Positions 12,475 through 24,640 of a DNA stretch of 64,000 bases are shown piece by piece. The notes under the pieces are model-generated. The model did not search any database, was not told the origin of the DNA, and worked only from the letters and a program-made list of their open reading frames with translations. Positions within the stretch are counted from its first letter, which is position 1; every line of letters begins with the position of its first letter. The stretch lies in assembly GCF_003918875.1 (NCBI RefSeq), contig NW_025767668.1:1984001-2048000 (forward strand), read 5' to 3'. Origin of the DNA: Haliotis rubra. Taxonomy: Eukaryota. Both the position numbers and the translations under genes were made by a program.

Positions 12475-13248
12475 ATGCAATGCTTCTCACTTGTACTAAG
12501 ACAAGAGCAGCTTAGGCAGCCCTAACCAATTGCCACTAGGAAGAAAATTGGTTTTGTCTAGATTTGATCATCAGGACACTTTTCAGAAACCATGTGGTCT
12601 TTGGACATCACAGGGATGTTTTATCATGTGTATCTTGTTGATAACCCTGGTGTTATATTTTGACACATTAACTAATCATGTCAAGGTCAAGCTTAAGGTC
12701 ATATTCTGGTCATACTACAAAAGGATATTCTGAGGTTGATGAAATTGTTACATGTTCCTAACAAAGCAGAGATCCTGAAAGGTCATGAGTAATCGTCATG
12801 AAAGTTCAAGGTCACAGTAAAGGTCACTTTTAAAGTATGTTGGCCAAAACCTTTTGTGATGACATTACGTAGTGGTTATGTCTGAATTACCATGTTTGAC
12901 TAGTTATGACCATCTCATGGTGATCGTAGCAGGTCATTGTGACCCACATATTATTTTTCATTACCACAATGAATTCCACCCTGGGATGTTTATGTTTTAT
13001 GTGGTTGAAATGAGTCAAAGTGCTCATGTTAGAGGTGTTCATTGCTTATTCTCTGATATTTTGAACATGGGTAAGCAGCAGTGATTTCTTAAGAAATGTT
13101 CCTTCTGTTCTTGATCATGCAGATGTGTGAAGCATGCAAGTGAAAGAATGTTCTCAGTGAACTGAATTATAACTTTTCAGTATTAAAGTTGACATTTCCA
13201 GTGGACCAAAAGGGCTCTCATAATATGTCATCCTTTCAGTTGCAAGTC

Positions 13249-13408
13249 GGGGCAGTGGGGTAGCCTAGTGGTTAAAGCATTCGCTCATCATGCTGAAGAC
13301 CCGGGTTCGATTCCCCACATGGGTACAGTGTGTGAAGCCCATTTCTGGTGTTCCCCGCTGTGACATTGCTGGAATATTGCTAAAAGCGACGTAAACTCAC
13401 TCACTCAC
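13249..13408 (+). mobile_element. SINE family A with 13-bp TSD
   Basis: TSD tcagttgcaagtc at 13236-13248 and 13409-13421. Confidence 0.9.
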
Positions 13409-13714
13409 TCAGTTGCAAGTCTTAGGTGACATGACTGAAAAGACTTGTACATGATGTTACCTGATCTGTTAACCATTCTAAACAACATGTCTGTTAGCCA
13501 TATTTTGTATCTTATGCAACAAGAAAACCAACAATTGTCTGGTGAATGTAAACAATTCCTTGGAAAATATATGACAACATCCTGCACAAGCATCCCGATC
13601 AGTGACCAAGGGACATAACTCATGCTGACCTCTGCACCAAAGTCCAGACTTTAGATTTAAAGTCCAGACAAAACCATTATATCCAGACTCCATAATGCTA
13701 AATGTGTTAGTAAG

Positions 13715-15052
13715 AGTTATCCCATTAATAATGGCAATGGTTTTGTGTATTCCAGAGCAGAGAGACTTGCATGACACCTGTTATCCCATTATTCATAAAA
13801 GTTCATCAAATTGACTGATTCGCAATGTGTAAAGGCAGCATTGACTTTACACTGTACTTGTCTCAAACAAATGGCAATGGTTTGTGTATTCAGGGCAGAG
13901 AGAGTTGTATGAAGCCTGATATTGCATTAATAATGCCAATGGTTTTATTATTATTATTCAGAGCAGAAGAGAGGTTGTCACGCCTTATATCCATAATCAG
14001 TGGCAGTGGTTTTTGTGTATTCCAGAGAAGACAGAGTTGTATAAGAAGCCTGATATCCATAATCAGTGGCAATGGTTTCAATGTATTCAGAGCAAAGTGA
14101 GGAGTTGTCTGACGGCCTGATATCCCATAATCAGTGGCAATGGTTTTGTGTATTCAGAGCAGAGAGTGAGTTGTACGACGCCTGATATCCATTAATAATG
14201 GCAATGGTTTTGTGTATTCCAGAGCAGAGAGAGTTGTCCTGACGCCTGATATCCCATTAATAATGGCAATGGTTTTGTGTATTCCAGAGCAGAGAGTTGT
14301 ATACAGCCTGATATCCCATAATCAGTGGCAATGGTTTTGTGTATTCAGAGCAGAGAGTTGTCTGACGCCTGATATCCCATTAATAATGGCAATGGTTTTG
14401 TGTATTCCAGAGCAGAGAGAGTTGTCACGGTAGCCTGATATCCCATTAATAATGGCAATGGTTTTGTGTATTCCAGAGCAGAGAGAGTTGTAATACGGCC
14501 TGATATCCCATAATCAGTGGCAATGGTTTTGTGTATTCAGAGCAGAGAGAGTTGTCTGACGCCTGATATCCCATTAATAATGGCAATGGTTTTGTGTATT
14601 CAGAGCAAAGTGAGTTATGCGGCCTGATATCCCATAATCAGTGGCAATGGTTTTGTGTATTCAGAGAGAGAGAGTTGTACGACGCCTGATATCCCATTAA
14701 TAATGGCAATGGTTTTGTGTATTCAGAGCAGTTAATGCGGCCTGATATCCCATTAATAATGGCAATGGTTTTGTGTATTCCAGAGCGAAGAGTTGTTATG
14801 ACGGCCTGATATCCCATTAATAATGGCAATGGTTTTGTGTATTCCAGAGCAGAGAGTTGTCGACGCCTGATATCCCATAATCAGTGGCAATGGTTTTGTG
14901 TATTCCAGAGCAGAGAGAGTTGTCACGCCTGATATCCCATTAATAATGGCAATGGTTTGTGTATTCCAGAGCGAGTTGTACGGCGCCTGATATCCCATTA
15001 ATAATGGCAATGGTTTTGTGTATTCCAGAGCAGAGAGAGTTGTAACACGCCT
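13715..15052 (+). repeat. 63-64-bp tandem repeat spanning the terminal-exon acceptor, copy 1
   Basis: Unit cctgatatcccattaataatggcaatggttttgtgtattccag|agcagagagagttgtacgacg. Confidence 0.95.
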
Positions 15053-15400
15053 GTGGCAGGAAGTATTTGGAGGATTACGACTTGTCACTGGAATATTCAT
15101 CATTTTCATCATTAGAAGCTGAAATTTGTCTTCCACCATGTGGTTCAGCCAATCATCATTGGTCTACTGACTGGTGTTAGGGACTCCCTACTGAAGCCAC
15201 TTTTCTCTCTCACCTTCAGCCTCATCCTCCAACCAATCGTTGTTTCTTCTGGAACATCTTGACGGGTGTCGCCACCTGTCACAACCTGTGATCGACATTC
15301 TTCATGGAGTGCTAACACCAATTGCAATGGTTTTACGCTCATTCCGTCTTTTGGCGTCGCGTATCAAAATTCATTGAATCGACCCATTCGTAATGTGTAA
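15029..15400 (+). CDS. Gene 1 terminal exon, copy 1 (several small indels relative to intact copy 2; probably sequencing errors)
   Basis: tattccAG acceptor; near-identical to 33651-34026 but frameshifted; ends aatgtgTAA. Confidence 0.6.
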
Positions 15401-16609
15401 AGGCAGCATTGACTTTACATTGTATTTGTCTCAAACAGAATGTACCGAATGCATTTTAATCTGTGTTTTTTTGTATAGCAATACATCAAAAGAAATACTG
15501 ACATGCAAGTATTAGGTACTTAATTTATTCACGATGAACGATTTTATGTTCAAATGACATTTTTGTTTTCAAATGTTTTCAGTGAGCTTCATAATTATTT
15601 GTTTGTTATATTTGTTCAAATCCACTCTTAAATGTGGTCCGGCAATGCAATTTTATATTAAAATATGTCTGTGCATTAGTATCAGTGTCGAGTACAATGG
15701 TTCTACTTTTAATAGATGCTACTCTCCCAAACAGGTGACACAATCATTAAATGGGGAACTAGACATTGTGAAATTAGCTGTCCTAGCTAATCAGCTGATT
15801 TTTGTCGTTTTTGTTTTATTTGTTTTAATCATTTTTTAACACAAATGGCTTATTTATAACTGATATTACTTACATTATATAGATCTTCATCTTGTTTGTC
15901 AAATAGCTACAGCAACGATAATATCCTGAAACAGCTGATTTGTTTCTCAGCGTAATATGTTTGTTTGTTTTATGTTTGTTTCAAGCTGTGATAAAGGCGT
16001 TTGTTATTTTAGGAAATAATGAGATTGTACTGTTACCTGATGCATATATTTTTGACTGACATATTGACACATCACAAATTGATGTCTGACAATGCAGCCC
16101 ATTTTACTGAAGCATGTTTATGCTGCTTCAAAGTCGTGTTACAAAGTTTGGCAATAACCTGACGGATCACTGCAGGATCTAGATTACCTTACAAACTATC
16201 GCAATCACGAGGGGGTGGGAGCCTAGTGGTTAATCGTCCACTTGTCACACCGAAGACTTAAGTTTGAGTCCCTGCATGAGTACAATGAAGACATCTTCTG
16301 GTGATTCTCAAGGAAAATTGGGTAAAATTCATCAGTTTGTTCACAACTGGGATTTATTAGTTATTTTTTTAAATTCAGAGATATTCTATTTTTGCATTCA
16401 CATTCACTAAAATAAAGAAAAACAAAGTATTCTTGTTGGGTTATGACTGATGCAATGTTAAATTGATGCAAGTGTCTTCTCTGTTGGTCATGTTGGCAAT
16501 GATATACTTGTCATCTGTGCAAAATTCAAACATTTTGTGTTTCAAGTTTGGTTATATTTACAGACATTTTCTGCAAACTTGGTCCCACATATCAGCCTCT
16601 GAACATCTC

Positions 16610-16770
16610 TGGGCGATTGGGGTAGCCCTAATGGTTAAAGCGATTAAGCTCATCATGCTGAAGGCCTGGGTTTGATTCCCCACATGGGCACAATGTGTGA
16701 AGCCTATTTCTGGTGTCCCTTGCCGTGATATTGCTGAAAGTGGTGTGAAACTAAAGACATACTCACTCAT
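16610..16770 (+). mobile_element. SINE family A (duplicate at 35215-35376)
   Basis: A/B boxes, family body and tail. Confidence 0.85.
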
Positions 16771-17906
16771 TCTGAAATGATGTAGACAAATCCCAGTAGG
16801 TTGCATCCCAATGCTCTGTTCCACCAGTCACAAATGTAGCGCCAAACATCACTTTGAGATATGTGTCCAGGGCGTTTCCAAAATAATGAGGACATTTTGT
16901 AAGTGATTTATTATTTATTTTGATGTTTATAATCATAATTTGAAAATGATTTAATTTATTTGTTGTTTTATTAATGTTATTTCATTACATGCAAATTGAA
17001 ATTGTTGATGTTTAAGATTCCCAATCCTTTTAAGTAATTTCAATACGTTATTATGCTCATGTTAAAACTGTTGTGTTCAGCAATATGTTAATGCATAATG
17101 TGTTAAATGAGAATATTTGCTCATTTTATTATTTTACATTATTTGCGATTGTTTTTAATCTATCTGTCTGACTCATGGTTTATGCATGATATGCAAAGTT
17201 TGTTTGGAATATTACCATCTGTGTAACCAGTAACTCAGTAAACATAAAAATACTGTGGGTTTACATATTGCAGTAGCTTCCCATATGCAAGGTGTGCGCT
17301 CAAAGCTCTATCATTATTACCACAGTCATTGATCCAGTGTGCACTCAAGTACTATTCTCAACTCCCAGGGAGTATACAAGATGCCCAAAGGGAGACAGAA
17401 GTTTCACAGTTACAAGACCATATCATCCTATGGGTAGATTCATGTTGAGTAATGACTACCCTTTATCTGTGTATGGTATAAATTGTTGCCTGCTTCTCCA
17501 CCTCAACCTGACAGAATCTATATATACTACTCAAAATTAGTTAAGGATCGTGCAATGGCAGATTAACCATAGGAATGATTACATAGAAAGTGTCCCTTAG
17601 TATCTCTTGAGTAATATACAACAGTGTGACAATCCCAGTTATGTCTCAGTCACTGACTAGTTGTCACAAGTTTTAAGCCTGTTTGGTGAAAAACAGAATC
17701 TCTAACTTAGGACACATGTTTCTCTGGTTTTATCCTTTACTGATATTGGCTAATTCATTTGGATCATTTGAAAATAATATTATCTGATATGTGTAGCTGA
17801 ATATTATATTAAATGTGGAAGAAAGTTGTTTGGTTGGGTCAGGTTTATGTAAACACTGTATAAAGTGCGTGTATTCACCTATGAAACACTGTATAAAGTG
17901 CATGTA

Positions 17907-18352
17907 CGTATGCGAGGAAATTTTCGAGGGTATCTAATTTTGAGGTTTTCGAGGTTAGAAGCGCAACCTGAAAATATTATATCCATGAATTTTTCCGAAC
18001 TTCAAACCTTTGGGTTAGATTTCCTATCGATAAGCATTTCAACTGCTGGCAACCAATGACTTCCTGACATGCGCATTAACTCTTTAATGCCTGTCTACAA
18101 CTAATCTTAACGTTCAGTGACGTAACAGTCAGACGGCAGTTATCACTGGCTACTAGGTGTTTTGCCGATAGCTCAGTGAGTATTAATCCGGTAAGTCATG
18201 TTTCTGGCCACTTTCTTCTAACCGCGAAATTAAAATTGTCTAAAATATTTATATATTTTAGGCCCCCAAACCTCGAAATTTAAATCACCTCGAAAGCTCT
18301 GGGGGTCTCAAACCTCAAAATTTTAATACCTTGAAAATGTCCCGGTATACGG
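17907..18352. mobile_element. Tc1/mariner-type MITE, present in copy 1 only
   Basis: Imperfect TIRs cgtat..ggaaattttcgagg / ccttgaaaatgtcccggtatacgg; TA on both sides; empty site at ~36481. Confidence 0.8.
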
Positions 18353-20884
18353 TATTCACCTTTGGTCACATACAATGTTATTGCAATTATTATTTTAAAA
18401 CGTCATTAGTTACTTTCATTTTTTGTGTTTTTTTATTGCTTTTAGTATTTGTTAATACTTTGAAAGCATAAGGAATATTTCATTCATTTTATGATTTTGG
18501 TGTTTCTTTTGGTTCCTTTTGGTCAAACTTGAAAATTATGGAATTTTGCCTTTCATGGTAGTGTTAGATTTATTAATTCAAGGTTACAATTTAGGTAGAT
18601 ACATATGCGTGTATATTTAAATCAAATAGTTCCAAATTTTGTAAAGGACTACAAACATACAGCAAGTGAAATACATCAAAAGGTGCAAGCATCAGTGATG
18701 TGCATATTGTTATGGGAAAAAAATGCTTATTAGAAGTTCAAGTATATTTTACTTTTGTAACACATCATGTTTTGATGATTTTAAAAAGATCTAGTCATAT
18801 CATAAGTAATACATCAACATGGCTAGATGAAGTATGATTTACGATGTATTTGCATGGTGTTGGAAATTGTCAGTTATAATCATTGCAAGTTCAGAGTCAT
18901 TGTTTTAATGTTTCTGTAAAGTACAGGACAAGTTGATGTGTAGCAAGTATCGAATAGCTGTAAACCTGGCTGTGTACAATATACTGTCACACCTTGTCGA
19001 CACAAGCCTAGACTAACGCTTAGTCCTTGAATATATAGCATTTTGACAGTAACAAATAAATCCATTTAAATTGAAAAGGAGCTCCAGTGAGTTGGGAGAT
19101 TGAAATCCAGGCTTGCTTCAGTTAGGGCTTTAGCATTGCAGAGAGGGAGGGCTTGGCAGTAGGGGAAATAATGTGGTTCAGGGACTGTGAGAGAGACTAA
19201 CACAATCCATTTCTTCTGTATAGTCAAACACTATTGTGTCAAACATTGAAGTGTCAAACGTCACGCTTGTCTCAAAGTAAAAGGTTGGTCCTAGCATATT
19301 CCTTTATTCCTTTGTGCATTTGTGTTCAAACTCGGATAATTGAATCATTTTGGTCCCTTCAACTTGAACACAGAGGTTTTGACAGTATATAATTTAAGAT
19401 GCAGTCAGGTCCTGGGCAAGATCCTCACTGGCAATATTTGTGCTTGTTATTTGTTTGCATTTTATAATTGTTCAAGGAAATAAGAGAAAATTAAATGGTC
19501 TCAGGTTTCAGCACACAGACAAAATAAACAAAATTCTTCATCAGACATTGTGGTTGAGGATAAGTAAAAAGTATAATTGTTTGGCCTCATTACCATGGAA
19601 ATAAACAGTATTTTAAAGCATTTTAACATATTAGGTGTATATCTATGCAGATTACGTGATGTTGAATTTTTTTGTATATGTTGTCTATACCACATGGTGT
19701 TTGTATATCTGACCATTGGCTTAGAAATTTTATTTTTCAGAAACTCGAGGACTACTGGAAAAGTGTTTTGTAGTCCTTAGAGATTGTAGCTAATCTGAGT
19801 GGCACTATTGTAGCCTTGTGGCTAAAGTTGTAGCTCATCACGCTGAAAAACCGGGTTTGATGGGTACAATATGTGAAGTCCATTTCTGGTGTCCCCTTCT
19901 GTGATATTGCTGGAATATTGCTAAAAGCGGCTTAAACATATACTTACTTTAGCTAGTAAAATCACTTTTGACTCTTTTTACATTTTTCTCTCAGTTGTAT
20001 TCAGTTTATTAGCAAATATTGAAATATTTATTCGAATTTATAGCAAAATTGAGAATTGGTGACAGGGAAGACTGCTGTCTATTGTTAACATTGTTGTGCA
20101 ACAACAGGAGCCATAACATGTCCAGCAACGTCTGCCTCCAAATTTTGATTATCACTTTTTGTTGGTATTTTAATGCTGGTCCACAAAGATGCTGGTTATA
20201 TGAATCAGGAACATTAACTGTAAAATTATGAGTGAATCAAGTGGTTTTGGTATAACTGCAGTCTCTCCTGATTGTGGTTTCTATTTTATCAACAGTTATT
20301 GAAGAAGTGTTGTCAATAGAAACATATAAAAATGTTGAATATATTTCATTGTTTCAGATTGATGAGTTGCCTATCAAAGTCGCGTGATATTTCTGTCATT
20401 ACTGTTTCACAATGATTGTTGTAAGCTTATCTTAAGTCATCAGAGTTTGACAGTGTGGCTTTGTTGAACAGCCCTGTTGACAAACTAGAAATGTTTGTAG
20501 AAGAATGAAGTGCACGGGTGAATTTGTATCATTTCCACTTTGACAGGCTAGCCCGATGCCGGCACCATTCAAGTATTGCCTAGTGTAGACATACTAACTG
20601 AAGTTATACTGTAGTATACCCATTCACTTAAAAACTTCTTGTTACAAATGTTAAGTAAGCTGAACAATGACTTTGGGTGCTTTCCCTTGCATCCCCTCCG
20701 AACAACGAAGAACATAAAACTTCCAAATTAGGACTTGGAAATGCCTTTCTGGTAACCCTGCCTGAAACTTCCTGGATACCTGCTGACACTTCAGGGTCCA
20801 TCTCTCCAAGTTCAGGAGACACCAGGTCCATTTTGCCCGGAGTCTTCAGGTCTATTTACCTTCAAGATCTCAGATCCATCAGTT

Positions 20885-21347
20885 CCTGAGACTTCAGGTT
20901 TATTTCCCAGGGTTCCACCTGAGACTATAGGTTTATTTCCCAGGGTTCCACCAGGTGTATTTCCCAGGGTTCCACGGGTGACTTCAGGTTTATTTCCCAG
21001 GGTTCCACCAGGTGTATTTCCCAGGGTTCCACCTGAGACTTCAGGTTTATTTCCCAGGGTTCCACCAGGTGTATTTCCCAGGGTTCCACCTGAGACTTCA
21101 GGTTTATTTCCCAGGGTTCCACGAGGCTTCAGTTTATTTCCCAGGGTTCCACCAGGTTTATTTCCCAGGGTTCCACCTGAGAGACTTCAGGTTTATTTCC
21201 CAGGGTTCCACCTGAGACTTCAGGTTTATTTCCCAGGGTTCCACCTGAGACTTCAGGTTTATTTCCCAGGGTTCCCACACGGAGACTTCAGGTTTATTGT
21301 CCAGGGTCCACCAGGTTTATTTCCCAGGGTTCCACCTGACACTTCAG
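20885..21347 (+). repeat. 33-bp minisatellite with 21-bp deletion variants (copy 2 at 39090-39416)
   Basis: Unit cctgagacttcaggtttatttcccagggttcca. Confidence 0.95.
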
Positions 21348-23001
21348 GGTCATCATGTCAAGTTCATGTGTTATGAGATTATGAGATCATTGCCCTAAAT
21401 ATGACCCTCATGTTTGTTATATTGATTAGATATTCTCTTCCGTCCAATGTTTACAAACCTGTTTGTGCTTACTGTGACATTTCCATTGTATTTTTTGTAA
21501 ATAAACTACATATCATAATTTAACACAATGACATGTTTTATTCATTTTTTCCAACATGTCACAGACCAGGTGGAGAAAATGGACAATTATGTTTCTTCAT
21601 ATTCTCCAGCATACCAATCACACCCACAGATTTGTTTGTTGTTTGACAGTGCATCCGGTAATTTTTTATATGACAGTGATCTGTAAATAAACGTATAGAC
21701 CAGACAATCCAGTGATTGACATGAGCATTGATCCACACAGTTGAAATTCAATGACATGCATCAACCAAGTCAGCGAGCCTGACCTCATGATCCTGTTAGT
21801 TGCCTCTTCCACTGTGAGGGATGAGAATTTTTCAGCGGATCCGCTGAATTCGAGAATTTCATAAGGCCAAGGGCCATTTTTGTGAATCGTCTAAATCCAT
21901 TATAATTTGGCCTCGATTTGGCCCCGGCTAGTTTTCAGGTGGCCCCAGCTAGTTTTCAGAGTTTTTCTGAAAACTTCATTTCTCATCCTGCTTACAACAA
22001 GCATGAGTTTCTAAAGACCAATTGTGAATGGAATCACTACGGTAATGCTTGATAACGGTACTAGCATCTGTGATGCAACAACCCAAGTTGTAATCCCTAA
22101 TTCAACTCTTTCTTCAATGTGTTGGAATCGAAATGTTTCTATGGTATTTGGAGAAACTTCTGTTTTGAACATTTGGTTCTAATTAGTCTCTAACAGGAAT
22201 TAAAAGTTAAAAATTGTAACATGTGCCACATATTTCAACCATTATGAGTCAAGGACTGAACCAGGGCAACTATCTACCATAAAAACAAAGATGGGGAGAT
22301 ATTGAGCGACCTCTGTGATGGATGTTCTAAGCGTCTCAACACTGCTACATCAATACTTGCCTTTCTCATAATAACCTGGATCTATCTTGCAGTTGATGTG
22401 AAATAAAAAGTTTAATGTCACATTCAAAGGTCATTGCACTTATATAGGAATGTCCATGCATGAGTTAGTGTGACTGCTTGTACTGCTACAGACTAATGCC
22501 AGTTTGATAGTGCGAGCCCAATGAGACATCGATGTTGGAGACACAAGTCTCCTGACTCGAACCAACCTGTCCTTGTTCAGCCCCTTCAGCGATGAGAGCC
22601 AGGAATTTAACTATCGACTTTGGTTCTCAGAGCAAGCCATTTCATTGCAGAATGAATCTGATAAAGATTATCTTTCAAATGGGAAGGCTTTACTGGTAAA
22701 AGGTTTTTTAAAAGTGAGCGAGAGAGGACAATATTTTCTCAAAATTGTAAATATCTGTCATGAATATATATATGAAACTTGTTCTATGAATCTAAAAAAT
22801 ATAATAGTTTAAAGAATGAGAAACTATGAAAAGGAACTGGTTCAACACTAGACCTTTCAATGAACCAAATTTGGTGAAGAAATATTGTATGGTTTTCAGA
22901 AATGTAGTACGAAATACATCTTGCATGGACAGATGTGTCGATAAAAGACTGGAAAACTGTAGAATGCGTGCTTTAGCTTGTCACAAATATTCCTGTTCTA
23001 T

Positions 23002-23163
23002 TGGGCGGTGGTTTAGCCTAGTGGTTAAAGCGTCCGCTCGTCATGCTGAAGACCCGGCTTCGAATCCCCACATGGGTACAATGTGTGAAGCCCATTTCAG
23101 GTGTCCCCCGCCATGATAATGCTGGAAAATTGCTAAAAGCGGCGTAAAATCAAACTCACTCGC
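23002..23163 (+). mobile_element. SINE family A (duplicate at 41050-41215)
   Basis: A/B boxes, tail; flanking tcctgttct repeat. Confidence 0.85.
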
Positions 23164-23539
23164 TCCTGTTCTGTTAATTATAGAATGTCTTTTGACGTCA
23201 GCTGATCATGTGGTTATGTACTGAGGGGAAGAAAAAATTAGGGATCACATGAAAGCACAAGTATTCCTATATTATTTTCCAGGTTTCTTCACAAGCTATA
23301 CCATACAATGCTTTCCCTCAGTATATATTGGAACTACTAAATATAAGATATAAATTTATTGATATTTATTTAAGTTATGTTGACAGTTATATATCTGAAT
23401 GATCTTCATCTTCAATGTCAGCTAAACATGGACAGGTGGGTCAACGTGTGTGCTGGAAATACTTCCTGATACAAATCCATTTAGACTGAATACAAGGAGA
23501 AAGAGAATGATGGCAGGCTTTGTCATGTGATCAGGGCAC

Positions 23540-24191
23540 TTCTCATGAAGTCACCAGTAGGGTGAACACTATTCGCGCACTAAGTCACTGGCGATTTTGC
23601 TTTGAAGTTTCTAGTCCAATATGGATTAGCGGATTAGTCAGTTGGTCACTGAAATGAGAGGCGCTAATGAGCTGAACTAGTGTTCAGTTCAAGTCAAAGC
23701 AGCTAATGAGCTGAACTGGTGTTCACTTCAAGTCATTGTAAATTAATTGACATTTATTAGTGAACTCTGTTCAACAATTTTATGACAAATATAAATAGAG
23801 GTCCCGGACCACTTTCGTCACTAAGTCCTACCATGGCAAATGCACAGCTACATGTCAAGTTCATCCCAACTTTGAGAGGCGGCAGACATCTTTGTTCGGG
23901 TGGTTTCATGTACAGAGTCAACAAAGGAAACGTGATGAAACCTTAGTATGGAAGTGTACGACCAAGGATTGCCATATAACAGTGACGATGTATGTAACAT
24001 CAATGTACATGTGCAAATAAAACAGTTTTGCCATTTCCCCTAGTTCCAATTGTCTGTCGGTCCTAATCCGGATTAGTAAATTTAGTCTGACTATGTCCCG
24101 TAATTGCAATAAATGGCTATTTAGCGAAATTGCATGCTGAAGTCACCCAGTAGGGTTTAAGCGTTTCTCCAAGCTGGTGACTTCATGAGAA
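23540..24191 (+). mobile_element. TIR element carrying a decayed FLYWCH-like ORF (Mutator-like), copy 1 only
   Basis: TIRs ttctcatgaagtcaccag / ctggtgacttcatgagaa; MANAQLHVKFIPTLRGGRHL...WKCTTKDC from 23833 with frameshifts. Confidence 0.7.
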
Positions 24192-24466
24192 TAAACCAAA
24201 TCACAGTGGTGCTGACCCATTGTCTAAATGGGGACCTTGGTTTTAATGGGTGTTTTGTTTTGGCCAGCTAGAAACTTAGTTCTAAGGCATTTCAGCAAGG
24301 TGTACCCCCACTGTGCCACTTTTCTTAAAACAACAAAATGCAGTCATCCATAGAACAATAGGGGGATTATTATAGTCTGTTTCAAGGTAAAATCTGGTGA
24401 CACCTTGACCACAAGTCTGAACAAATTGGTGAACACTAACAAATATCCCACTTTTGATTCATCATC

Positions 24467-24640
24467 ATGGCTAATGCTCAAGTTGACGTTCAGTACATTG
24501 ATAATGAACAGGGTGGACAGAATATGATTTATAGCAACTGTAAGTTAAGGGTTAAGAACCGAAAGAATAATAGTGTGTACTGGAGATGCTGTGTCAAAGA
24601 CTGGCGAGCGACACTGAATATGACTGAAGGACTCATCATG
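24467..24640 (+). mobile_element. Second FLYWCH-like transposase N-terminal fragment
   Basis: MANAQVDVQYIDNEQGGQNMIYSNCKLRVKNRKNNSVYWRCCVKDWRATL; absent from copy 2. Confidence 0.6.

Noticed and set aside
20925-21376. PETSGLFPRVP / VEPWEINLKSQ repeat ORFs (also 38983-39466)
   Set aside because: 33-bp minisatellite open in many frames; frames not conserved between copies; no splice context
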